Translations under genes and position numbers: made by a program
Shown here: piece by piece, positions 38,783 to 52,266 of the stretch
How the letters are laid out: every line of letters starts with the position of its first letter
Numbering within the stretch: position 1 is the stretch's first letter
Notes under the pieces: model-generated
The model's input: the letters and a program-made list of their open reading frames with translations, nothing else
Databases searched by the model: none
Told to the model about the DNA's origin: nothing
From: an uncultured Acidobacteriota bacterium
Lineage (GTDB): Bacteria > Acidobacteriota > UBA6911
Reading direction: 5' to 3'
NCBI GenBank assembly: GCA_963809485.1
Contig: CAWEJX010000008.1
Coordinates: forward strand, 192,001 to 256,000
DNA: 64,000 nucleotides

Positions 38783-41214
38783 GGCTTCTCCGAGGACCCG
38801 GCGACGGGCAGTTCAAAGTGGAAAACGGCGCCGCCCTCCGGGTGTGGCTCCGCCCAAAGGCGGCCGTGATGCGCGTCCACGATGGAGCGGCAGATGGTCA
38901 AGCCTATGCCCAGTCCCTGGGTTTTGGTGGTGTAGAACGGCTGGAAGATCCGCTCCACGTCCCCGGGTAATCCGGCGCCCTCATCTCGCACGGAGGCACG
39001 AACGCGGTCCTGAAGCAGCATCGTTTGAAGATGGAGCCGGCGCGTGCCGGGCGGATTGCCGGCCATGGCATCGGCCCCGTTGAGGATGAGGTTGAGCACG
39101 AGTTGCTGCAGTTGCACGCGATCGCCGGCGATCTGCGGCAAACCGGGAGCCAGTTCGCGAATAACTTTGACGCCGCGCTCGATGAGATCGGTATTGGTGA
39201 GGCGCAGCACCTCCTCGATGACGTCGTTGAGCGGGAGCGGTTGCAGGGACAAATGGCCGCGCTTGAGCAACGCACGCAGCCGCTGGATGACCTCGCCTGC
39301 GCGGTGGTCCGCCGCTACGATGTCCGAGAGGATGGACTGCACTTCGGCTACATCCGGCGGTTCCTGGAGGAGCAGTTCCTGCGCGGCCTGGGCATTGCTG
39401 AGGATGATGCTCAGCGGTTGGTTCAACTCATGAGCCAGCGAGCCGGACAGCACGCTCATTGTGTTCACGCGCGTCAGGTGCGTCAGGTTGTCACGCAGTT
39501 CCTGGGTTTCCCTCTCTGCCCGTTTGGCTTCGGTGATGTCTCTCGTGACTTGAACTGCACCATGGATGTTCCCGGCAGGATCCCGAATGGGGTCCGTCGA
39601 GATTGACAGCCATTTGCCGCTGCCGGCGTGTAACAACTCGAGTTTCGAGCTCAGCCCTGTCTGAAAGGTCTTCTGACAGGGGCATCCATCCATCGGGCCA
39701 CTGGCTCCGTGCAGCACGGAATAGCATGCGCTTCCAACAATCCGCTCCATGGGTAGGCCAAGGAACCGCGTAGTCGCAGCGTTGAACCGGGTGATGCGAT
39801 ACTCAGGATCGACGATCATGACTGAATCCTGGATGGAATCGAAAGTTGCCTGCCATTCTTCGGCGGCGGATTGGAGCCGTTCCGATAATAACTTCCTGTC
39901 GGTGATATCGCGAATCACGCCGAACGTTCTGACGCCACTTCCGTTCGCCGTTCGGCTTGCGAGCCGGGCGAGGTGATGAACCCACTTCTGCCCCTGAGCC
40001 GGATGCAGATAGCGATACTCTTCCGAGATGCGTTCAACCTTTCCGTCGTGCAGCTTCTGTCGTTCGTCCAACAATCGTTGTCGGTCGTCGGGATGGACAT
40101 GCTCCAACCAGAAATTAGCCGGCTCAAGCTCCTGCCGCAGTTCGGGGGGGACACCGCAAATTTCCCGAAACCGCTCGTCCATGAAGCAGTTGCGTTCACC
40201 GTAGTCCACTTCATAATACCCGAGGCCGGCCAGATCCGTTCCCGCCGCTAAGCGAGCCTGGCTCATATGGAACGCCTCTTCGGCACTCTTGCGGTCGGTG
40301 ATGTCAAGGGAAACGCCCATGATGCGCTCCACTTCACCGTCCGGCGTGAAATAGGGCAGCCCACGGGATGCGATCCAGCGCATGCTGTCATCACTCAACC
40401 GAATGCGGTATTCCACATTCACGGGTTCACCTGCCCGCACGGATCGATCGAGGATCCCCTGAACGAGATGCAGATCGTCGGGATGAACCGAGGCTTCGAA
40501 ACGCCTCATGCTGATGATTTCGTCCGGCGAATACCCGAAGATCGCCCGAGCCTTCTCAGTAGCCCAAAAGATACCGGTGCGGCAATCCAACTCCCAGAGC
40601 CCCACTTCTGCGGAGGACGTCGCAAGGATCAGGCGCTGTTCGCTTTCGCGCAAGGACTGGTCCGCGTGTTTCCGGGCAAGCGCATTGGTGATGATTTGGG
40701 CCACCAGTTGCAGGCGTTTCACCAGGGCGTCCGGCCAATCGCGCTCCGCACGCATGGTATTCAGGCAAAAAGCGCCAATAGGAGGCTCGCCTCCCACCGA
40801 GAGCGGAAGGCTCAGATTTGACTTGATGCCCAATTGGCTGGAAGTTTCCCGGTCGCGGGCGGCCTCCGTCGGCAGACACTCCAGCGAATCAACGACAACC
40901 ATACGGCCGGCCGCTAATTGCTGTCCGACCCAAGGAAAATCTTCCTGGCTTATCTGTCTGGCAGACAGCGGACCTTGCTGGGCGCTGTAAAGGTGGGTAA
41001 GCATGAAGGAACCCGGGGTTGCGTCCGACCATTGCCAAAGTGCCAGGAGATCGAGGTCAAGGAACTCGCATATGCGGCGCAGGGCATCCATGATTTCACG
41101 GTCGACCTCGCCGGCGGGCAGATTGACGAATTTCGATGAAAGATCGGCAATCAGCGTCTCAAAGCGCAGCCGTTCTTCAAGTTCCGCATTCGGGTCGATC
41201 TTTCCCATTTCCAT
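38779..41214 (-). CDS. Cytoplasmic GAF-PAS-PAS-PAS sensor histidine kinase
   Basis: SLAHELNQPL H-box, QLVLNLILNGADA, DEGAG, FYTTKTQGLGIGL; no TM helix. Confidence 0.93.
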   Translation of the reverse strand: MEMGKIDPNAELEERLRFETLIADLSSKFVNLPAGEVDREIMDALRRICEFLDLDLLALWQWSDATPGSFMLTHLYSAQQGPLSARQISQEDFPWVGQQLAAGRMVVVDSLECLPTEAARDRETSSQLGIKSNLSLPLSVGGEPPIGAFCLNTMRAERDWPDALVKRLQLVAQIITNALARKHADQSLRESEQRLILATSSAEVGLWELDCRTGIFWATEKARAIFGYSPDEIISMRRFEASVHPDDLHLVQGILDRSVRAGEPVNVEYRIRLSDDSMRWIASRGLPYFTPDGEVERIMGVSLDITDRKSAEEAFHMSQARLAAGTDLAGLGYYEVDYGERNCFMDERFREICGVPPELRQELEPANFWLEHVHPDDRQRLLDERQKLHDGKVERISEEYRYLHPAQGQKWVHHLARLASRTANGSGVRTFGVIRDITDRKLLSERLQSAAEEWQATFDSIQDSVMIVDPEYRITRFNAATTRFLGLPMERIVGSACYSVLHGASGPMDGCPCQKTFQTGLSSKLELLHAGSGKWLSISTDPIRDPAGNIHGAVQVTRDITEAKRAERETQELRDNLTHLTRVNTMSVLSGSLAHELNQPLSIILSNAQAAQELLLQEPPDVAEVQSILSDIVAADHRAGEVIQRLRALLKRGHLSLQPLPLNDVIEEVLRLTNTDLIERGVKVIRELAPGLPQIAGDRVQLQQLVLNLILNGADAMAGNPPGTRRLHLQTMLLQDRVRASVRDEGAGLPGDVERIFQPFYTTKTQGLGIGLTICRSIVDAHHGRLWAEPHPEGGAVFHFELPVAGSSEKP

Positions 41215-41465
41215 CCTATCACCACTTCGCCGGGGGTGACCCTATTGCCTCACTCCCCATTGCGCGAGCTGGTTTCATTCGCAAAAAAAACTTAAGCAGT
41301 TCACCAGCCAGAGTCGGCTAATTGTGACAAGCCAATATCGAAAAGCTTTAAGCTCCTGCCAGGCTAACCCTTTATACTACTCAGATTAGCGGCGTTGGTC
41401 AATGATTAGGGAGGGGGTCATTAGAGGGGGACAGAATTGAGCGTTCACTGGGTGGACTCACATTC

Positions 41466-41872
41466 GAAGTCAGGCGACTCCGGCAAAGCCGGAGGCTTGA
41501 AAGATTGGAACCGCTCAAAGCGGTTGGAGGAGTTACGGTGGTCTTGAACGCTGACTTACGCGGGCAAAAGCCGATGAGGCGCTTCCGATCCCCCGCAGGG
41601 GCCAGCGCTCCGCCGCTGGACAGTTTTCTGCGGCGGCACTGTGGCAAACGCCCGCTTTCTCATACCCTACGTCTCCTTGCCGCACGGCGCTTGCCACAGT
41701 GCCGCCGCAGAAAACTCCATCGGAAGCACCTCATCGGCTTTTGCTCGCCGACCCTCGCTGAACAAAACGGCGTTTGTCAGCGCTTTTGTCAGCGTATCTC
41801 AGCGTTTCAAAATGCGGAGCTGTTAAACTCTATGAGTCCCCCTGGCTCTGCCGGGCTTTACCAATAGAATCA
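41466..41872. mobile_element. Non-autonomous IS200/IS605-like miniature element, long copy
   Basis: Terminal hairpins ctccggcaaagccggagg and cctggctctgccggg, plus aaccgctcaaagcggtt; no transposase; second copy at 44079-44308. Confidence 0.65.
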
Positions 41873-42208
41873 AAGAAAGAACCTCTGTATCGCATCCCGA
41901 ACGCTTCTTCGTTCTTTCTCGCAGAGACGGCCGATCCTCTTCACGATAATTTCCTGATCGATCGTGGCGAACTTCATGCGAAGGAGCGAGGCTTTGGGCA
42001 ATCCCGACTCCTGCCAGAATCGGATCCGATAGTCACCCAAACCTGGAGAGACGTCCAATCGACTGGTGAGAAAGACGATGACGACATCCTGCCCCGACTT
42101 GTTATAGCTGCCCGGTGAAATGACAAGTGCGGGCCGCTTCTTGACCGTAGTCAGGTCCGTGAATGGGAAGGGAACAATAACAATGTCCCACTTCCTATAG
42201 GGTGTCAT
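41870..42208 (-). CDS. PemK/MazF-family toxin
   Basis: DIVIVPFPFTDLTTVKKRPALVIS..TS..GLPKAS..KRIGRL. Confidence 0.9.
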   Translation of the reverse strand: MTPYRKWDIVIVPFPFTDLTTVKKRPALVISPGSYNKSGQDVVIVFLTSRLDVSPGLGDYRIRFWQESGLPKASLLRMKFATIDQEIIVKRIGRLCEKERRSVRDAIQRFFL

Positions 42209-42437
42209 ACACCTCGTCCTCCTCGTTGTCCCATTCATCAAAAGACGATTCCGAAAGCTTCATCGCAGCCCAGGTCTCGGCAGACTTGCCCGATCGGATC
42301 AGTTGCGCTTGCCGCTTCCGGACGTACTCGCCCAGAAGCTCGGAGACAACCTCGGTCATTGTGCGCCCCTCCAGCGAGGCAAGAGCCTTTAGGAGTTTCC
42401 GCTCCTCATCCTTGATCCTGATACTCATCACTGCCAT
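42195..42437 (-). CDS. Ribbon-helix-helix antitoxin
   Basis: MSIRIKDEERKLLKALASLEGRTM, acidic tail SESSFDEWDNEEDEVYDTL; overlaps the toxin gene. Confidence 0.8.
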   Translation of the reverse strand: MAVMSIRIKDEERKLLKALASLEGRTMTEVVSELLGEYVRKRQAQLIRSGKSAETWAAMKLSESSFDEWDNEEDEVYDTL

Positions 42438-42446
42438 AAGGCATGC

Positions 42447-42476
42447 TCCTACATTCCTACATATCATAATGTAGGA
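42447..42476. promoter_or_regulatory. Probable toxin-antitoxin operator
   Basis: TCCTACAT twice in direct orientation and TCCTACAT-N6-ATGTAGGA inverted, just upstream of the antitoxin. Confidence 0.6.
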
Positions 42477-42689
42477 TATCTGGCTAATCCTGTCAACATG
42501 AACCCTTCTCTGATATTGGAGCCTGCGTTTATGATAGATCAGAAAGCTCTGTTTCAGCTGTCTGCTTTATGGCCCTATCAATTTCGCATTTTTCCAGCTT
42601 CGAGCTGGTAATGGTTGCCGCCTGTGCAAAGTGTGTGTTCCGGCATTCTGCCTTTCGATTCTGTTGACCGGCCACTGCCTACTGTTCAA

Positions 42690-43988
42690 TCAGAATGCCT
42701 CGGCGATCCCCATGCTGAATGTGTGGCCGACTCTTCCAATTCCATAGTCGACCCGGAAGTTGACCCGCTCCTTGTTCGTCAGCCTGAAACGGATGCCGCC
42801 TCCGCCGGCCGGCAGTAAATCTCCCCAACCGATCTCGGAGTATTTGGCGCCTACTCCGCCGAATCCGCCGAAGAAGACGAGGCCGAACCTGTCGAGGATT
42901 TTCTTGGGCGGCATGTTCAGGCGATATTCCGCTTGAGTCGCGAACATCCGCCGATCCTGGTAGCGCCCCCCGGTGTAACCGCGCAAATCGGCGCCGGTTC
43001 CAAACAGGCACAGGTCATAAATGGGAACGTGGTCTCCCGTAGCCAGACACGCCATGCCTCGAAAAGCAAAGACGTCGCGCTTACGCACTGTCTGGTATCT
43101 GTTAATTGCGATTTTCGTGTACTGATAAGTCCACCTGCTCCCAATGCCTTCCCCGAACAAGTCAATTCCTGAATCCAGATAAAATCCCCGCAACGGGTAG
43201 TAGTTGTTGTCGCGCGTGTCCCACTGGAAGCGAGGCCCGAGCGATACCGTCCGCTGTTTAAAAAAATCCGCAATTTCGTTTTTGATTTCCTCTAATCCCG
43301 GCGGCAGCTCGACGCCGCCTTCCGGAAGATCCAATTCCTCTTTATTCAGCGACAGAGTCAGATCGCGATATTGGAACCGGGCACCGAGATAGAATCCTTT
43401 TCTTAAACGGAAGAAAAGCGGCTCAAAGAATGACGCCGATCCATCAATTGTTAATGGCAGATAAAGCCCCCGGTCGCCGGCGCCTTTGCCGACTCCGTAA
43501 ATGTCTGCGTTGATCTTCGCCCTCCCGCCCGCCACGGTAAGCCGATACTTGTCATCCTTGAAGTACAGCCGCCCACCCGCTCCCAGGGCACGGCTCCCAT
43601 TGTTTGTGAACAGTCCCCCGACGCCCACAACTGACTTCGACGTGACCTTGTCCTCCTTGTTGAGGCGGAAAAGGTATCCCACCGCCCACTCCAGGCCGGA
43701 ACCGATCGCAGGGCTGGAAACCGGGATTGGCGCCGCAACCCATTCCGAATCTTTCTCTTTCTTCTCCTTCTTTTCCTCCTGATTCTGTTGCCGTGAACCC
43801 GCGGGGGCCGCCTCAGGCGATGACTCCTGCATTCCGCCGAATAAGGGAAAAGTGAAGGCAACGGCTGCGAAGAGGGGCAGGATCAGGCTGGTTTGAAATC
43901 GGCGTCGACCGCCGGCCGGATTGTCCGCCGTCCGGTCCCGGCGCTGCCTCTCACCTGTCCATGATGCGGCCATTAGAATTCCCTCCAT
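42690..43988 (-). CDS. Omp85/BamA-TamA family barrel without POTRA domains
   Basis: WDTRDN..YPLRG, LRGY..GRYQDR, AEYR, GGGIRF..NFRVDYG..GIAEAF. Confidence 0.85.
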   Translation of the reverse strand: MEGILMAASWTGERQRRDRTADNPAGGRRRFQTSLILPLFAAVAFTFPLFGGMQESSPEAAPAGSRQQNQEEKKEKKEKDSEWVAAPIPVSSPAIGSGLEWAVGYLFRLNKEDKVTSKSVVGVGGLFTNNGSRALGAGGRLYFKDDKYRLTVAGGRAKINADIYGVGKGAGDRGLYLPLTIDGSASFFEPLFFRLRKGFYLGARFQYRDLTLSLNKEELDLPEGGVELPPGLEEIKNEIADFFKQRTVSLGPRFQWDTRDNNYYPLRGFYLDSGIDLFGEGIGSRWTYQYTKIAINRYQTVRKRDVFAFRGMACLATGDHVPIYDLCLFGTGADLRGYTGGRYQDRRMFATQAEYRLNMPPKKILDRFGLVFFGGFGGVGAKYSEIGWGDLLPAGGGGIRFRLTNKERVNFRVDYGIGRVGHTFSMGIAEAF

Positions 43989-44078
43989 GTGTCAGTCTGG
44001 AACCAGCGGTTCATCAAACGCTTATATCATGGCTGTTGATTATAGTCATGCCGGCAACGAAATCCCATTGAAAATCCG

Positions 44079-44308
44079 GAAGTCAGGCGGCTCCGGCAAA
44101 GCCGGAGGCTTGAAAGAGTGGAACCGCTCAAAGCGGTTGGAGGAGTTACGCTGGTCTTGAACGCTGACTTACGCGGGCAAAAGCCGACCCTCGCCGAACA
44201 AATCGGCGTATGTCAGCGCTTTTATCAGCGTATCTCAGCGTTTCAAAATACGGAGCTGTCAAACTCTATGAGTCCACCGGCAGAGCCGGGGATTTACCAA
44301 TAGAATCA
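44079..44308. mobile_element. Non-autonomous IS200/IS605-like miniature element, short copy
   Basis: Same orientation and near-identical to 41466-41872, but lacks the internal 41575-41751 segment. Confidence 0.65.
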
Positions 44309-44458
44309 TCGCGGCCGCCCTGCAGGCGAAAAGGTACCCGCTGCATTCGTTTTGAAAACCTTGCAGCTGATCCGGCCGAAGGAGATGAAGCCGATGTTCG
44401 CTTCCAGGCCAGGCGGAGCAAGGATTTTGGGGACACTGATGATTGTCCTCTTCAACCC

Positions 44459-48060
<3,602 letters not shown>

Positions 48061-48148
48061 GGCTCTCTCCTTCAAGGCGAGGTCTTTTGGGGAGGGGCGC
48101 AAATGCACCGGCCCCTCCAGCCTCTGTCTATGTGTGGGTCGGTGAAGG

Positions 48149-48646
48149 TTATTCCAGCGGCTCCGTTACGCTCCACTCCGCATCCTCTAATCCCTGCTGA
48201 GGTTCCAGAATGAAGTTGATGAGGTGCTCGAGCGAAAATTGGTGTTTCCGCTGTTCTTCGGCAACCTCCAGGAATGCCTGCTTGAGTCGAGGATCTTTTA
48301 CCCGTGCGGCTCTTTTCCTGTAGAAGTCCTCACATTCCCTGTCCAACTCTTGACCGCTCCGATAAAGCTCAGCGGGCGGAAGATTCTCGTTTACCTTTTC
48401 CTCGCGGTCCAACCGCTTCAGCCTTCGGGAGAAGGGATTAAGGGCTCCAGCCAGGTTCTTGGCGTCCGGAAGCATCCTCCCCTCTGCCTTCTTCATCTTC
48501 TCAAAGTCGCGGCGGTGGGTCGCCTGGTCGTCGGCAAGCAAGACCATGATCTTGCGCAGGCCGGGTTTCTTCACCTTTTTGGCAAGGCCATGGAAAAACT
48601 TCTCTCCGTCGCGACTCATCTGAACGGCAAAGTCATAAGGGTTCAT
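48149..48646 (-). CDS. Ferritin/rubrerythrin-like protein
   Basis: FAVQM..GEKFF..LADDQATH and EDFY..VAEEQRKH two-helix-pair repeat; the ExxH motifs are partly changed to QxxH. Confidence 0.75.
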   Translation of the reverse strand: MNPYDFAVQMSRDGEKFFHGLAKKVKKPGLRKIMVLLADDQATHRRDFEKMKKAEGRMLPDAKNLAGALNPFSRRLKRLDREEKVNENLPPAELYRSGQELDRECEDFYRKRAARVKDPRLKQAFLEVAEEQRKHQFSLEHLINFILEPQQGLEDAEWSVTEPLE

Positions 48647-48666
48647 CCCTCTTCCTCCCTTTGGGA

Positions 48667-48778
48667 GGGGGACAGTCACCAGTGTCCCCCGTTTACGGGC
48701 CCGGATCTTTGAGAGCCCTCGCGGAGCGGAGGTATGGGCGACACGCCGCTGCTTCGGGGACACTGGTGACTGTCCCCC
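48667..48778. repeat. Inverted pair GGGGACAGTCACCAGTGTCCCC / GGGGACACTGGTGACTGTCCCC
   Basis: Exact reverse-complement 22-mers; further copies at 25690-25710 and (degenerate) about 44429-44450. Confidence 0.75.
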
Positions 48779-48783
48779 TCACC

Positions 48784-49878
48784 TCATTGTACTTGGGGCG
48801 GCAACAGGTAAAGCGTCATGGCGAAGATCAAATACACCATCAGCACCAACACTCCGACGAACCATGCCGAGCGCCCGCTGTTGGTCACGAATGTTGCTGT
48901 AACCGTCGCAAGGAGCATCATCACCACAGCTCCCGGCCAGAACTGCAGGTTCATCGGCGTCGGACCCAGGACGTAGCTGCACAGCACAAGCACCGGCGCA
49001 ACGAAGAGGGCAATTTGAGACGCGCTCCCCAGGGCGATGCCCACGCTCAGGTCCAGCCGGTTCTTTCGCGCGCCGGAGAAAGCCGAAGCCATCTCCGCAG
49101 CCCCGCCGACTAGCGCCACGACGATGAAGCCCACGAACGCGGGGGTCATCCCGAACGCCTCCGCCGCCTTTTGAACTGACTCGACGAACACTTCGCTCAC
49201 CAATGCTACCAGCACCGTCACTCCGGCCAGGGTGGACAGGGCCAGGCCTATGGGCCACGGCACCTCGCCTTCTTCCGCGTGCTCGGCGGTGCCGAACAAT
49301 TCGCGATGCGTTTTGAGCGAGAACACCAAACCGAGCGCGTACGCAATGATGAGCAGCACGGCCAGGCCTACGCTTAAAGTGTTTGTGAACTCCACCTCCG
49401 TCCCAGAGCTTTTTTCGGCAACCGCCGAAGGAATCAGGATCGCAACCGTAGCAAGGAAGAGCATCCCCGCCTGGGTGCGGGCGCCGACACGGTTGAATTC
49501 CTGCACATGGTGTTTGAGGCCGCCGAGCAGGAACGACGCGCCCAACATGAACAGCGTGTTGGTGACAATCGCGCCGGCGATGGAAGCCTTCACCAGCATG
49601 TATTGCCCCGCCCGCAAAGCGGCGAGCGCGATGACGAGTTCGGTCAGGTTTCCCAGCGTGGCGTTGAGCAAGCCCCCAACCGCATCGCCCGTCTTGGCCG
49701 ACACCGATTCGGTCGCGTGACTGAGCAGCGTCGCCAGCGGCACGATGGCCAGCACAGACAGCACAAACAGCATTGTGTGCGCTTCGGGCTTGAGCATTTC
49801 GCTTACGAACAGCGCAGGCACGAATACCAGTAGCCACAACAGCGGATTGTGACGGATTGCGGAAAGCAGCAGTTTCAT
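48784..49878 (-). CDS. cax: Ca2+/H+ antiporter (CaCA family)
   Basis: GGLLNATLGNLTELVIA, GGAAEM, LGSASQIALFVAP. Confidence 0.92.
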   Translation of the reverse strand: MKLLLSAIRHNPLLWLLVFVPALFVSEMLKPEAHTMLFVLSVLAIVPLATLLSHATESVSAKTGDAVGGLLNATLGNLTELVIALAALRAGQYMLVKASIAGAIVTNTLFMLGASFLLGGLKHHVQEFNRVGARTQAGMLFLATVAILIPSAVAEKSSGTEVEFTNTLSVGLAVLLIIAYALGLVFSLKTHRELFGTAEHAEEGEVPWPIGLALSTLAGVTVLVALVSEVFVESVQKAAEAFGMTPAFVGFIVVALVGGAAEMASAFSGARKNRLDLSVGIALGSASQIALFVAPVLVLCSYVLGPTPMNLQFWPGAVVMMLLATVTATFVTNSGRSAWFVGVLVLMVYLIFAMTLYLLPPQVQ

Positions 49879-49913
49879 GAGCGTTTCCCCTTTCCCGGCG
49901 GATTGTTCCAGCG

Positions 49914-50861
49914 TCAGTTTGGTCGCCCCAGCCATGAATATTGCCACGCCACGCTGAGGTTGTGATAATCGCCGCCGAACCTGATGTAAGTGCCCCTGTT
50001 GTAACTCATCTTGATGGAATGGTTGCGGGTCAGCGGAATCGAGCCGGTCACTCCAAGACGCGAATTTTTCTGCAGCGTTGCAGGGTTTTCAACACCGTTC
50101 AGGCTGGTCCGGCCGCCGTACCAGAAGTTTCCGTCCAGCGAAACCCAGAACCGCGGTTTCACATCGTAACTCAGGTGCCCCTCAAGGGCCACGATGGGTT
50201 CCTGGGTTTGAGACTGGACGTAAGGAACGTATTCGTTCTGCGAAAAAAACTCCGGATTGCGGGTATAGAGCCAGACACCGCAGTACCCGTCCAGGATCCA
50301 GTGGCCCATTCTCCGCGAGTAGCCGAACTCCGGTTTGAATGCCCAGCGGTTGGCCCCATAGTTGATCAGCTTCCTGGGATCATACTGACCGGTTGGAGCG
50401 ACTACTTTCAGACTGGCTCCGAGTACCGTCTTCTGCTGGTACTTCCTGAACTCGCCGATGTCCATCGCCGGCCCGCCCTTCAGGTTCACGGCGAAGCGGA
50501 ACATCGTATCGAACAGGCCGGAGCGGTAGACGTTGGTCTCCTTGCCGAGGACGTTGCCCTCGAAGTTGCCGACCCCATAGGGCAGTGAGGCGGTGATATT
50601 GGCGGATCGGCCAAACAGGTTTAGCGAATGATACAGACTGAATATGGGCACGTTGACATCCGCAGTCGCATCGGTGATGGGCACCGTACCGTTGAACGCC
50701 AAATTGCCGGAAAAGAAGGAGTTCGTCAGGACGACCGCATTGGAGTGGATCGGGGTGATCACATAGGCCCGCGGCGAGAGGTCCTGCCCCTGGCAGACCA
50801 AGCAGGCCATAAAAGCACCAAAGAGGCAGCAGGCCAATCTCATTCCCAAGTGTTTTTTCAT
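49914..50861 (-). CDS. Outer-membrane transporter (MetA-pathway of phenol degradation/COG4313-like)
   Basis: Signal peptide + QDLSPRAY, APTGQYD..LINYGANRWAFKPE, terminal WQYSW. Confidence 0.75.
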   Translation of the reverse strand: MKKHLGMRLACCLFGAFMACLVCQGQDLSPRAYVITPIHSNAVVLTNSFFSGNLAFNGTVPITDATADVNVPIFSLYHSLNLFGRSANITASLPYGVGNFEGNVLGKETNVYRSGLFDTMFRFAVNLKGGPAMDIGEFRKYQQKTVLGASLKVVAPTGQYDPRKLINYGANRWAFKPEFGYSRRMGHWILDGYCGVWLYTRNPEFFSQNEYVPYVQSQTQEPIVALEGHLSYDVKPRFWVSLDGNFWYGGRTSLNGVENPATLQKNSRLGVTGSIPLTRNHSIKMSYNRGTYIRFGGDYHNLSVAWQYSWLGRPN

Positions 50862-51256
50862 TTTCCTTCCTGTTTGAACATGATACGCAGCTGTGCCCAT
50901 GTTCTAACACATTTTCTGATTGCCTGAAACCCGGCTCTGGATTCCGAATCGAGCATCAGCCAAGACTACGCTGTCGGTGGAACACCCGGAGGACAATATT
51001 TTCTGTTTCTCGCCTCCCCCGACACAACTGTAAATATGTACAGTATCGGGAAATCATTGGAAATACGGTTTTTCACGGATCTCCACAGATTTGTATCCGT
51101 GAAGATCCGCGCGAATCTATGGCCGATTCCCATTGCAGCTCAGCCCGATCCGTGCGGCACGTTGTCCGGGATTGGTTAACACGTATAATGTAATGCGCGT
51201 TCGACTTCACATAGAAAAATGCTATATAGTCAATTGTTGGCTGATCGGTATCCTCG

Positions 51257-51955
51257 GTGCAACAACAAACTAATGAGTCGGGAAGCGACGCTATGTTCTT
51301 AGACCACTCTCAGAATCCCAAACGCCTCCTGGATCCTATGGATCGCGTATCGGAAGTGCTGTTTGGGCTGATCATGGTGCTTACGTTCACCGGTTCGTTC
51401 AGCGCCGCCCAGGCGGGCCGTGCCGATATCCGCGAATTGCTGATCGGGGCGCTGGGCTGCAATCTTGCCTGGGGAATTATTGACGCCATCATGTATCTGA
51501 TGGCTTGTCTCAGCGAACGCGGACAGGGAATCCTCACTTTGCGCGCGGTACGCGGCGCCGGAATGGCTGCGGAAGCTCATCGCGCGATTGTCAGCGCGCT
51601 GCCCGAGGGCGTCGCGAGTGTACTTCAACCAACGGAACTGGAAACGATCCGCCAGAGGTTGAACCAACTGCCCGAACCCCCGGCGCGCCCGCGTCTGCAA
51701 AAGGATGACTGGCTTGGCGCTTTTGCGGTGTTCCTGTGGGTGTTTGCCTTCACCTTTCCTGTGGTCATCCCGTTTATATTCATGCACGATGCCCTGTTCG
51801 CTCTTCGGATCTCAAACATCATTGCCGTAGCGATGCTGTTTCTGACGGGGCACGCCTTCGGGCGTTGCGTTGGCTACCGCCCGTTAGTACTTGGATTCTC
51901 CATGGTCTTGCTTGGCATAGTGCTGGCAGGATTAGCCATCGCCCTTGGAGGATAA
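51257..51955 (+). CDS. VIT1/CCC1-like membrane protein
   Basis: LDPMDRVSEVLFGLIMVLTFT, LGCNLAWGIIDA, FPVVIPF, C-terminal IALGG. Confidence 0.7.
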   Translation: MQQQTNESGSDAMFLDHSQNPKRLLDPMDRVSEVLFGLIMVLTFTGSFSAAQAGRADIRELLIGALGCNLAWGIIDAIMYLMACLSERGQGILTLRAVRGAGMAAEAHRAIVSALPEGVASVLQPTELETIRQRLNQLPEPPARPRLQKDDWLGAFAVFLWVFAFTFPVVIPFIFMHDALFALRISNIIAVAMLFLTGHAFGRCVGYRPLVLGFSMVLLGIVLAGLAIALGG

Positions 51956-51984
51956 GATTCAGGGGTTGTGTCCGGACATAATCC

Positions 51985-52266
51985 CTTCAGGGTAGTGATA
52001 CAGCATGCCCGAATCCATTGGGCCACCGGCTCTGCCGGTGACAGTTTGACAAATACCGGAGCATGCCTTTTACCCGGTTTTCTGACAGCAACCGGAAGAT
52101 AAGCAACGCAAACACTGAATATCGAATATCGAATGTCGAACCGCAGAAGTAATGACCTCGAAATTCATCCTTCGTTATTCGACATTCGATATTCAGTATT
52201 TCTGTCCAGTATTTGTCAAACGGATACTGCCTCACCGGCAGAGCCGAGGGATCTCCCGATGGATTA
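51985..52266. mobile_element. IS200/IS605-like end pair enclosing a heptamer-repeat palindrome
   Basis: caccggctctgccggtg..tttgac and gtcaaac..caccggcagagccg ends; internal gaatatcgaatatcgaatgtcgaa / ttcgacattcgatattc. Confidence 0.55.
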
